A stretch of 63,965 nucleotides of DNA, the filler included, from Chiloscyllium plagiosum (Eukaryota): NCBI RefSeq assembly GCF_004010195.1. It is 4 parts of 2 records of this genome, joined end to end, with 100 filler letters (N's around TTAATTAATTAA, not from the genome) between each part and the next. Parts side by side here need not be neighbours in the genome. Positions count along the whole stretch, not along the records: positions 1 to 30,279 come from NC_057714.1; 3 more parts are not named here. One strand, 5' to 3'. The notes under the pieces were generated by a model. That model was not told the DNA's origin, made no database searches, and saw only the letters and a list, made by a program, of their open reading frames with translations. The stretch's first letter is position 1. The number at the start of each line of letters is the position of its first letter. Of this stretch, positions 1 through 10,759 are shown one piece after another. Both the position numbers and the translations under genes were made by a program.

Positions 1-218
1 GGCCTATCACCCTCACCTTGACCTCCTTCCACCTATCGCATTTGTAACGCCCCTCCCCCAAGTCCCTCCTCCCTACCTTTTATCTTAGCCTGCTGGACAC
101 ACTTTCCTCATTCCTGAAGAAGGGCTCATGCTCCTTGGATGCTGCCTGACCTGCTGCGCTTTTCCAGCAACACATTTTCAGCTCTGCTCTCCAGCATCTG
201 CAGTCCTCACTTTCTCCT
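1..218 (+). mobile_element. Penelope-like element 3' end with a damaged hammerhead core
   Basis: Contains cattcCTGAAGAagggctcatg followed by the gatgctgcctgacctgctgcgcttttccagcaacacattttcagc...gcagtcctcactttctcc terminus that recurs throughout the window; the GAAAC half of the core is deleted. Confidence 0.7.
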
Positions 219-506
219 GGCTCAGTGGTTAGCACTGCTGCCTCACAACACCAGGGTCCCAGGTTCATGTCCAGCTTTGGGCGACTGTCTGTGTGGGGTT
301 TTCACATTCTCCCTGTGTCTGCATGGGTTTCTCTGGGTGCTCCGGTTTCCTCCCGCAGTCCAAAGATGTGCAGGTCAGGTGAATTGGTCATGCTAAATTG
401 CCCTTAGTATTAGGTGCATTAGTTAGAGATGGGGCGAGTTGCTCTTCTTGTGGACTTGTTGGACCAAAGGGCCTGTTTCCACACTGTAGGGAATCTAATC
501 TAATCT
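219..506 (+). mobile_element. HE1-like tRNA-derived V-SINE
   Basis: tRNA-like head (ggctcagtggttagcactgctgcctcac...ggttca), V-domain gggtgctccggtttcctccc..agtccaaagatgtgcagg, LINE-like tail and (AATCT)n end. Confidence 0.85.
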
Positions 507-837
507 CCCGCAACTGGCTCCCATCCTCCCTCACCCTTCCAGCCTATTCCTTCCGTACCTCCTCACCCTTCACACATTTATCCAGCCTCATCACTGTCTG
601 ACTGGCTTTGGAAACTTTCAAAAGTTTACCTCCCTATAAACCTGGTTGAGATGCTTTCTGCCTGGTTTCCTGTATTTCAGACAGGCCTGACACAGAATGA
701 TGACCATAAACATCACCAGGAGGTCAGTGGGTAACTTTAAAGTGGATTATTGTGGGTCAAATCTGTTCCAATGGTGATCAAAATTTCAGAACCGTTCTGA
801 AACATCCTAATGAATACTAATATTTTAGCTGACTCAC

Positions 838-903
838 TATCAGTATCCAGAGTTGGCCACGAAGATTGGAATGTTGTGTCAGTCATATCGTATGTGCTCG
901 ACA
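838..903 (-). CDS. Exon Y3 (66 nt, phase 1-1) of unidentified acidic Ser/Thr-rich repeat gene: (L)SSTYDMTDTTFQSSWPTLDTD
   Basis: Minus-strand acceptor tttttctctttttatAG and donor GTGAGT; length a multiple of 3; downstream intron (ttaggatgtttcagaa...ctggtgatgt) resembles that after exon Y1. Confidence 0.6.
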
Positions 904-934
904 CTATAAAAAGAGAAAAATAGAACATACATTA

Positions 935-2170
935 TTTTATTACCCATTCCTAATTGCCCTCAGAAGGTGGTGATGAGCTGCTTTCTTGAATCACAACAGT
1001 CCTTGTGGTATAGGGACAACCTATTGTACTGTTAGAAAACATATTCAAGGATTTTGAACTAGTGACACTGATGAAGCATTTTTAAAAATATTTTATTAAA
1101 CAATTTCAAAACATTTTACAAAATAGTTGACAAAAAACAGTTAACAATTACAGCTGTATACAAGAGACAGCAATTTTACAAGGGAGGGGAGCAGCAAAGC
1201 CAGGCCCCAGACCCTGTCGTTCAACCAGTTTACAGGGAAATGAGGACAAACCGCAAATCCCAGTTTCAACATTACAAGACAGCAACAATGACATTTGTAC
1301 ATAAGACAATCCAATTATATAAAAAGACAGTGTATACAATACAGACCCAGCAAGCCCCTGTCCCTCCCACCTTCTGGCTACACACTTTCCGACTCTTGAT
1401 CCACCCCATGCCTCTTCCAGTTCTCGGTCCGCCCTGACATACCTTTCGACCACCTCTAGGACAACCCGCCCTGGTACCCACCCAGGGTGACAGTAGTCAG
1501 GACGGCCTACCCACCTTCCAGCTTCACTAACCACCCTCAGCACCTTTTTGACCACCTCTGGGGCAGCCCGCCCCGGTACCCGCCCAGGGTGACAGCGCTG
1601 AGGACGGCTACCCGTCTTCTGGCTCTCGGTCTGCCCCGACATACCATTGGAGTCTCACCCACCCCGATGCACCCTCCGGCCAGTGGACTGCCCTGCGACA
1701 CCTTCCGGCCACCTCTAGGACAGCCCGTCCCCTTCCCCAGGGACGACAGCGTGCAGGGCAGCCCACAAGCCTATGAAGCATTGTCATGTGTCCAAGTCAG
1801 AATGGTGAGTGGCTTCGAGGGGATCTTGCAGGGGGTGGTGCTCCCATGTATCTGCTGCCCTTTTCCTTCTGGATTGCAGAGGTCAGAGTTGGGATGAATA
1901 AGTTGTTGTTGCACCTTGTAGATGGAACACATTAGTGGTGAAGGAACTGAATTTTGAAGGTGATAGAGGAAGGTACAGTAAAAAGTCCTTGATGGTGTTA
2001 AGGTTATTGAGAGATGGAGCTGCACTCATCCATGCAAGTGAGGAGTATTCCATCACTCTTGCGCTTTGTGCCTTGTCGATGGTGGACAGGCTTTGGAAAT
2101 GCAAGTGGTCAATTAGACACTATAGAAGTCTTAGCCTCTGAGCTGCTATCGCAGCCACTGTCAAAATGAC
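935..2170 (-). mobile_element. Degenerate non-LTR retrotransposon 3' part, interrupted by the insertion at 1081-1772
   Basis: ORF 1883-2104 STIDKAQSARVMEYSSLAWMSAAP is LINE RT C-terminus; 3' UTR similar to 10450-10745. Confidence 0.7.
1081..1772 (-). mobile_element. 5'-truncated retroposed insert, possibly an L1/Tx1-type 3' end, with 10-bp TSD
   Basis: Direct repeat atgaagcatt at 1071-1080 and 1773-1782; minus-strand AATAAA and A-rich end; GC-rich ORF 1148-1642 with internal CHPG(R/W)VPGR repeats. Confidence 0.6.
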
Positions 2171-2194
2171 TGGCCCGCAGCAAACAGAGTCACA

Positions 2195-3100
2195 GTCATA
2201 CAGTCATGGAGTCATGGAGTCATATAGCACAGAAACAGACCTTTCAGTCCAACCAGTCCATGTTGAACATAATCCAAAACTAAACTAGTCCCACCTGCCT
2301 GTTCCTGACCCATTTCCCTCCAAACCTTTCCTATTCATTTATTTATTCAACTACATTTAAATGTAATTGTACCCACATCGACCACTTATTCAGGAAGTTC
2401 ATTGCACATGCAAAGCATCCCCGTGTAAATAATTTGCCCCCATGTCTTTTTTAAATCTCTCTCCTCTAACCTTAAAAATGTATCCCCCAATCTTGAAATC
2501 TCCAAGATAGGGAAAAGACAACTACCATTAACTTTATCTATACCCCTCATTATTTTCTAAGGTCACCTCTCAAACCTCCAAAACTCCAGTGAAAAATGTT
2601 CCAGCCTATTCAGCCTTTCTTTGTAATCAAACCTTCCATACCCAGCAACAGCTTGGTAAATCTGTTTTGAACCCTCTCCCGTTTGATAAAATCCATTCCT
2701 CTCAGTGGGCAATCCTGAAGAAGGGCTTATGCCCGAAACGTCGATTCTCCTGCTCCTTGGATGCTGCCTGACCTGCTGCGCTTTTCCAGCAATACATTTT
2801 TCAGCTCTGATCTCCAGCATCTGCAGTCCTCACTCTCTCCAACCAGAACTGGACACAGTATTCCGGAAGAGGCCTCACCAATGTCCTGTATAACCTCAGC
2901 ATGACTTCCCAACTTCTATACTCAAAGGACTAAGCAATGAAGGTGAGTGTGTCAAAGACCTTTGTAACCACCCTGCTAATATATGATGCAAACTTCTAAA
3001 AATTAGGTACCTGAACCCCTAGGTCTCTCTGTTCTACAACATTGCCCATACCATTAATTGTGTAAGCCTTACCCTGTTTGTTGTACCAAAATGCAATACC
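2195..3100 (-). mobile_element. HER1/CR1 LINE 3' fragment with a nested PLE end at 2711-2840
   Basis: YKERLNRLEHFSLE CR1 ORF2 C-terminal motif; (catggagt)n tail. Confidence 0.8.
2711..2746 (+). ncRNA. Minimal type-I hammerhead ribozyme motif of a Penelope-like element
   Basis: aatc-CTGAAGA-a-gggc(ttat)gccc-GAA-ACGT-C-gatt: stem I aatc/gatt, stem II, core boxes and palindromic stem III. Confidence 0.65.
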
Positions 3101-3104
3101 TTGA

Positions 3105-5585
3105 TTGATTGAGTGTACACTAACGTACTGTGAGAAGCTTTGTTTATGAGCAGTACAGACAGATTACAGTAACTAAGTATGTACAGATCATAGGGTGAAA
3201 GAAAAAGCTTAGATAGAGGACATGCTGGTAATGTCGCACAGGGAGTGCACTCGGCAAGATCAACATTAATAATATCAGTATTGTTTGAAGTTAGAGAATC
3301 CATTCATCAGTCTAATAACTGTCAGGCAGAAGGTGTGTGTGTGTGTGTGTGTTCAAGCTTTTGTATCTGCTGCCTGATAAAAGAGATTGGAAGAGAGCAT
3401 TACTGGGGTGTGATGGGTCCTTGCTGATGTTGAAAGCCTTTCCGCTGCAATGAACCATGTAAATGGAGTCCATGGATGGAAGGCTGGCTTTCATGATGGT
3501 CTGGATTGTGCATATAACCTTCTGTAGTTTCTTATGGTCCTGGGCAGCGCAGTTGCCGTACCAGGCCATTATGCACCTGGACAATATGCTTTCAATGGTG
3601 CCTGTGTAAAGGTTGGTGAGTGTCCTTATGGGCATTCCAAAATTCCTGAGTTGTCTGAGGAAGAAGCATTGCCAGCTTCATATCTATTGACTCTGGCCCT
3701 CTTTCCTAACTCCTAATCAATGAAGAGGTGTTGTTGTGCCTTCTTGACCATTGCATCTACATTCAGGACAGGTTGCTGATTATCATCACTCCTTCAAATT
3801 TGACGCTCTCAATCTCAGCTCGACCGATATAGATGGAGGTGTGTTCTCCCCCTTTCTTTCTGAAGTCAGTGATCAGTTCTTTAGTTTTGCTAATGTTGAG
3901 AGAGAAGTTGTTCTTATTGCACCACATCACCAAGCCCACTATCTCCCTTCTGTATTCTGTCTCATCATTGTTAGATATCTACCCTATTACAGCGGTTTCA
4001 TCAGCAAATGTGAAGCTGGCTTTCGGTTGGAATTTGGTAACAAAGCTGTGGGTGTACAAGGATTATGGTAGGGGGCTGAGAATGCATCCTTGGCAGGGGG
4101 TGTGGGGGGGACTGCAGTGTTGAGGGTTGTCGTGGAGGAGGTGCAGTTGTCTATCTTCACTGATGGTAGTGTATGGGTCCGGAAGCTGAGGATCCAGTTG
4201 TAGAGTGTGGAGCCGATACCAAGATCATGGAGTTTTGAGATCAGTCTGGAGGGGATTATGGTGTTGAAGGTGGAGCTATAGTCGATGATCAGGAGTCTGA
4301 TGTGAGTGTTCTCATCATCCAGATACTCCAAGGGTGAGCGGTGAGCGCAGGTCTAGGGATATGGTGTCCACTGTGAACGTGTTATGTCGGTAAGCAAATT
4401 GCAGGGAATTGAGGCAGGCTGGGAGACTGGAGTTGATGTGGGCCATGACCAGCCTCTCGAAGCACTTCATGTTTATGGAGGTCAGAGCCACTGGGCGGGA
4501 GTCATTAAGGCACATTGCATGTGCTTTCTCAGGTACAGGGATGATGGTAATCTTCTTGAAACAGGTGGGGACTTTGGCTTGTAAGAGGGAAGGTTAAAGA
4601 TGTCAGTGAGTACCTCCAGACTGGATGTGAGTGTTCGGCTGGGAACTCTGTCTGGTCCCATCACTTTCCTTGGGTTGACTCCCAGGAAGACTGATCTGAG
4701 GTCTGCAGCGGTGACAGTGGGCACAGGCGTGTGGGGGCATCAGGGGTCTATCTGGTTGGTTGCGGCCTCTAACTTGGTCGGGTACTGCCTCTTGGGATGC
4801 CTTTGCAGATGTTATATCTGGATTTCCTGTATTGGGGTGGGTCATCTAATTTGATCGCTGCCCATCTGCCCTTCAGTAGGGAGTGGATTTCCTGCTTCAT
4901 CCAAGGTTTGTGGCTGGGGAACACTTGGATTGACTTCGTTAGTATTTCTTTGGTCCTCCACTCATTTGCTAATGAAGTCCATGACGGTGATGGCGGCTAG
5001 GTTTTGGCTGAGTACTTGAACACGGTCCAGTCCACCAATTCCAGCAGTCCCGGAGAAGCTCTTCTACAGCCTCTGACCAACAATATACTTCCCTTCATGA
5101 AGAATCCTTCCATTTCAGCTTCTGCTTGTAAGCTGAGAGGAGGAACACAATGCTGTGATCTGATTTTTTAGTGAAGGCCGGGGATGGTGCACCAAGTGTC
5201 TTTAATGATTGTGTGGCAGTGGTCCAGAATATTGGGTCCTCTGGTGGGGCAGGAGATGTGTTGCTGGTACTTTGGCAGCACCCTCAAGGTTTGCTTGGTT
5301 GAAGGGGCTGGTCACGATGAATAGGGCCTCAGGGAATTTCATCTCTAGAGTGTTTGTGGCCCTAAATTACAGTTAGGGCATTCTTCACATCCACACGGGG
5401 TGGTATGTAAATTGCTGTCAGGATGGCAGAAGTGAACTCTTGCAGCAGATAGTAAGGAGGGCATTTTATTGTAAGGTATTCTAGGTCCCGGAAGCAATGG
5501 CTTAACAGAGTTGCCATGTCTGAGCATCTGGAGGTGTTGATCAGAGAGTATACACCTCTGCCGTTTGCCTGACATGAGAATGCCA
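3105..5585 (-). mobile_element. Rex1/Babar LINE, degenerate (endonuclease-RT)
   Basis: Translations CLNDSRPVALTSINMKCFERLV, LQFAYRHN, IDYSSTFNTIIP, TIESILSRCIMAWYGNC and AIYIPP. Confidence 0.85.
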
Positions 5586-5629
5586 TGTGGTGCTTGTGAT
5601 GTATTCCTCGCATTTATCCAGATCGAACT

Positions 5630-6510
5630 CTCGTGGTTTTATGAAAGATAAATCACGTTTAACCAATTTTCCACAATTCTTTCAGGATATAACAGGCAGA
5701 ATGATTAAAGAAGAATGTAAGATCCATGTATTTGGATTTTCTGAAGGCATTCTGAAAGGTTTTGCAAGATAGGAACCTGTGATCGTGGGAGTAATTAGTG
5801 GCATGGACACAGATGACAGCAAGTCAAGAATGCTTAGGTCTTTTTCAGGTTGTAAAGACAAAACTAGTGGAGCGCCACAAGGTTCTTTCTTAGGAGTTCA
5901 ATAATTTACTATGCACATACATGATTTGGAAGAGGGGGATGATTATAATGTATCCACATTTGCTGAAAATACAACAATAGGTGGAAGGGTATGTTGAGAA
6001 AAGGACATAAGTGATGTGCAAGGACATGTTGACAGGTTGAGTGAGTGGGACAAAACCATGGCAGATGGTGTTTGATGTAGGAAAGTGCTACCTTGCTAGG
6101 AAGAGGATTATTTAAATGGAGAGAGAGTCCAAAAAGTGGCAGGACTGAGATCTGGGTGTTTTTGTGTATGAAGAAAAAGGTTAGCGTGTAGGTGCAATAA
6201 ATTGAGGACTCAAATGGAAATTTTGGTTTTCTTGCTATGGGGCTGGAGTTTGAAAATAGGGAGGTTTTGTTCCAATTGTGTATAGTGTTGGTGAAGCTGC
6301 AGCCAGAGCATTGTGTACAATTTTGATCGTGATCTGTGGAATTCTTTACCTGAGACGCTGTCAAGACTGGGTCATTAAGTCTATTCAATCAAGGCTGAGA
6401 TGGCAGATTTTGAATCAGCAAGAAAATTAAGAGTTATAGGATATGGAAGGAAGGCAGGTTTGAAGATTATCAGATCAGCCAGGATCTCAATGAAAGGCAG
6501 AGCAGACTCA
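5630..6510 (+). mobile_element. Old CR1 LINE RT fragment
   Basis: Decayed matches to CR1 motifs (HGFMKDKSRLTN, SGxPQGS, FAxxTxIGG). Confidence 0.65.
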
Positions 6511-6554
6511 TAGAGTCAGGCAGGATGGAAATAGACTCTTCAATCTCATAGTCT

Positions 6555-6980
6555 AGATTAGAGTGGTGCTGGAAAAGCACAGCAGGTCAGGCAGCATTCA
6601 ATCTCACAGCATTGACATCGACTTCACCAGTTTTCAAATCGCCCCACCCCAAACTTCATCCCAAACCCCAAACCCTCCAACTCGGCACCACCCTCCTAAT
6701 CTGTCCTGCTTCTCCATCTTCCTTCCCGCCCATCCGTTCAATCCTCCCCACTGACTTATGACAATCACCCCCAACCGGCATCCACCTACCACCTTCCCAG
6801 CTACCTTCTCCCCACCCCACCCCACCCCCATCCCCCTTCCCTCTCCACATTCCTGATGAAGGACTTATGTCTGAAATGTCAACTCTCTTGTTCCTCAGAT
6901 ACTGCCTGACCTGCTGTGCTTTTCCAGCGCCACCTTTTCAACTCTGAGTCTCCAGCATCTGTAGTCCTCAGTTTCTCCTC
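6555..6980 (+). mobile_element. Penelope-like element 3' fragment with an inverted 5' piece
   Basis: HSIDIDFTSFQI resembles the PLE ORF C-terminus; pyrimidine-rich UTR; cattcCTGATGAaggacttatgtctGAAATGTC core; inverted terminus copy at 6560-6597. Confidence 0.7.
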
Positions 6981-7460
6981 TTCATGTACTTATCCAAATA
7001 CCTTGTACATATTGCAACTGTACCCAAAACCACCACTTCCCTGGTAGCTCATTCCATACATGAACCACTCTGTGTAAAAGGGTTGTCCCTCATTTCATTT
7101 CTAAAACTTTCTCCTCTCACCTTAAAAATATGGCCTCTGGTTTTTAATTCCTCCAATCCTGGGGAAATGATTATTGCTATTCACCTTATCTCTGCACCTC
7201 TCAACCTCCTACACACCAGTGAAAGAAATCCCAGCCTATTCAGCCTCTCTTTATGACTCCGACCACTCCCTGCAAAATTCTGGTAAGTCTTTTCTGAATC
7301 CTCTCCAATTTAATAATATACTTTTTATAACAGAGCCATCAGAACTGTACACAGTACTCAAAAGGTGGCCTCATCAATGTCCTGTTCAATCCCAAATCCT
7401 ATACTCAAAGATCTGAGCAATGAAGCAAGCGTGCTAAACACCTCCTTAACCATCTTGTCT
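6981..7460 (-). mobile_element. CR1/HER1 3' fragment; its start lies at about 6510-6550 and it is split by the PLE
   Basis: Similar to other HER1 3' ends in the window. Confidence 0.65.
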
Positions 7461-8926
7461 CCTTGATGCGCTATAATGTCTACTTCTGTTCCTACGTCTT
7501 ATAGTCGCATCTAGATCAGTCATAATGTTATTGAATAGTGCAGCTCACTCAAACATCCAAACGGCCTACTTCTCCTTGTCCTATGTTCTCAAGGTATGTC
7601 AAATCATTAGGTTAAAGACAGTGATTGAATGTGATTCTGCTACCTTTGATGGTCCATAGCATCTAACGGTCACTCTGTTTTGAGCAACTAGTTTAACTCA
7701 TAATTAATCAGTGTTAGCATGGTGGTAGTGACATATAACATTTGAGGTCCTTCTCAATATGAGAAGGTCCACAAGATTCATGTGATGTCATTCCGACCAA
7801 TACTACCATGGACAATTTGCCCTAGTGACAGATGGATTGGCAACAATCAAATTAAGTCCAGCTTTGTCATTGGGATGAAAACAACTCAGTCAGTGCCAAG
7901 CCATTTCTACAAAGGGAGACTGAAACACACACCCAGTGTATATCCTGTGTCCTTCCCACCCTCAGTGCTTCAACACAGAAGAGCACTGATTCATCAATCG
8001 AAGAGGGGAAGGGCGTTGCGATCATCAGGAGATCTCCTTGCCCAAGTTTGACCTGATGCCATGAGATTTCATAGTGGGTAACTCCCTTCCATCTTCCCCA
8101 AAGCATACATTCCATCAGTTGCAGTCAGCTGTGTAGTGTCATTCATTAGAATTACAGGGTCACAGTTCTGGAATTCTGTCCCTAATGGGAACTGTGATTC
8201 TATTTGCACCTATGGGATCAGTGATTCAAAAAGGCAGCTCACTACCACCTTCTCGAGGGCAATTAGGGACGGGCAATAATTGTTTAGCTAATACTGAATC
8301 GTTACGAGCAACTCCCAAATCACAATAATTATTCTTTTTGAGGTCAAATCCTACCATTGCAGTTTGAGGAAATTTGAATTCAGTTTTTAAAAAGTTACAA
8401 GTAATAAGCTGATATGAATGGATGTGATAATGAGCTGTTTGCTTCTTCTTTCATCCTGCTGCTTCATTACTGAAAGGAAGTAAATCTACTTTGTTTTTGA
8501 TCATTGCCAATACATGATTCCAGCTCCATAATATCATGGTTGCTGGCAGATTAAGTTCTGAAGGAGAGTCAGAGCAGATACTAATTCCTTTTGTCTCTCC
8601 ATGGGCGCTGCCAGCATTCTCTGTGTTTGATATTATAGCTTTGGGGACAATTCCATCATGGCAGATGATAATATTTCAATTCAATGAAATTTGGAATTAA
8701 AGCTGGTCTAATGGTGACCACTGCTTATTGTCATGAAAAACATAGCTCATTGATGTCCATGAGGAAGGAAATCTGCTGTCCCTATCTGATCTGGCCTACA
8801 TGTGGTCGACCCACAGAAATGTGGTGGATTCTTAAATGCCCTCTGAAGTGGCTGAAACAGCCAATCAATTCAAAAGCAATTAGGGATGGGCACAAAGGTT
8901 GAACATTTATCACATTTTGGACTCAC

Positions 8927-9028
8927 AGGTTCCAGTGCTAAGATCCAGTGAAGACTCCGTATCATCACTCTCCTGGGTCTGAAACAGTTGGTTTAACATC
9001 AGGTCACTTAGCTCATAGGATGAATCCC
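8927..9028 (-). CDS. Exon X3 (102 nt, phase 1-1): (R)DSSYELSDLMLNQLFQTQESDDTESSLDLSTGT
   Basis: Acceptor ccctttccctctttccacAG, donor GTGAGT; paralogous to X1 and X2 with synonymous changes in the core. Confidence 0.8.
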
Positions 9029-9484
9029 CTGTGGAAAGAGGGAAAGGGATAAAAGGTCTCGTTAGTATTTAGTATGGCGTGTTACACTTCACTCCAGAGG
9101 TCCAGGTCACCGTGGCAAAATACATTTTCACATGCTGCTGGACCCATGGATAATGATGGTTGAGGTGTCAACCTTCCTTCTATACTATGGCTGATCAGGA
9201 ATTCCTTCCTCTCTTTCAGCCTGTCATTAGCATTCATTGGAAAGATTTGCAAGTTGGGATGTAATCTGGCTAGTTGCACTGTGAGTGTGCTTTCCTTAGT
9301 CATCATGTGTGTGACTGAAGTTTTTGACTCATGCCAAGCAGGCATGTACACTGCATCACAAGACCTGCTCTATTCAACATTTATATGATAATAAGGATGA
9401 TAATAACAACTACAGTACATATAATATCTCATCAGACAAGTGTCAACACAAGCATGCTGTGAGATACTTTGATAGTTCAGATCT

Positions 9485-10745
9485 CAAAAACATATACTGC
9501 AAAAGCTATGGGCCCTGACAACATTCCGGCAATTGAACTAATGGTTTGTGTTCCAGAACTTGCTGTTCCCCTAGCCAAGCTCTTCCAGTACAGTTACAAT
9601 ACTGGCATCTACCCAACAATGTGGAAAATTGCCCAGGTATGTCCTGTACACAAAAAGCAGGACAAACCCAACCCGGCCAATTACTGCCCCATCAGTCTAC
9701 GCTTGATCATCAGTAAAGTGATGGAAGGTGCCATCAACAGTGCTATCAAGCAGCATCTGCTTAGCAATAACCTGCTCAGTGATGCCTAGTTTGGGTTCCG
9801 CCAGGGCCACTCAGCTCCTGATCTCATTACAGCCTTAGTCCGAACATAAAAAAAGAGCTGAATTCCAGAGGTGAGGTGAGAGTGACAGCCCTTGACATCA
9901 AGGCTGCATTTGACTGAATGTGGCACCAAGGAGGCCAAGCAAAACTGGAATCAATGGATATTGGGGCAAATTTCCTGCTGGTTGGAGTTGTACTTGGCAC
10001 ATAGGAAGGTGATTGTGGTTGTTGGAAGTCAATCATCTCAGCTCTAGGACATCTCTGCAGGAGTTCCTCAGAGTAGTGCCCTTGACATTCAATAGCATTA
10101 CCATCACTGAATCAAAAATATGAACATTCTGGGGGTTACCATTGCTCAGAAACTCAACTGGACTTGCTCCATAAAGACAGCAACTGTAAGAGTAGATCAT
10201 TGGCTAAGAACTCACCTCTTTACTCTCTAAAGCCTGTCTACCATCTACAAGACACAAGTCAGGATTGTGACAGAATACTCCCCACTTGCCTGGATGAGTG
10301 CAGCTTCAACAGCATTCAAGAAGTTACACACCATCCAGGACAAAGCAGCCTGCTTGATTAGCCCCACAACCACAAACACCCCTCCCTCCACCACCGATGC
10401 TCACTAGCAGCAGTGTGTACTATTTGCAAGATCCTTAGACAGCACATTTCAAACCCATGACCATTTCCATCAGAAAGAGAAGGGCAGCAGATACATGGGA
10501 ACACCACACCTGCAAGTTCTCCCCCAAGTCACTCACCATCCTGACTTGGAAATATATCGCTGTTCCTTCAGCGTCACTGAGTCAAAATCCTGGAATTCCC
10601 TCCCGATGGGCACTGTGGATCTACCTACAGTGCATGGAATACAGTGGGTTGGGAAGGTGGTTCACCCCTACCTTCTCAAGGGCAACTAGGAATTGGCAAT
10701 AATTGCTAGCCCAGACAGCGAGACTCACATCCCACAAGGGAATAT
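9485..10745 (+). mobile_element. Non-LTR retrotransposon RT fragment with 3' UTR (CR1/Jockey-superclade type)
   Basis: AKAMGPDNIPAIELMVCVPELAVPLAKLFQYSYNTGIYPTMWKIAQVCPVHKK...ANYCPISL, then FGFRQGHS and ALDIKAAFD, with stops and an internal deletion. Confidence 0.85.
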
Positions 10746-10759
10746 TAAAACAAAATCCT

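Noticed and set aside
80..396. Recurring short ORFs such as MCCWKSAAGQAASKEQENRRF and MLPDLLRFSS
   Set aside because: Spurious translations of the non-coding Penelope terminus and SINE, repeated throughout the window.
737..903. Exon Y3 read through to TAA at 737 as a terminal exon
   Set aside because: A GTGAGT donor matching the paralogous exons sits at 832-837 and the read-through sequence resembles the intron after Y1, so an internal exon is more likely.
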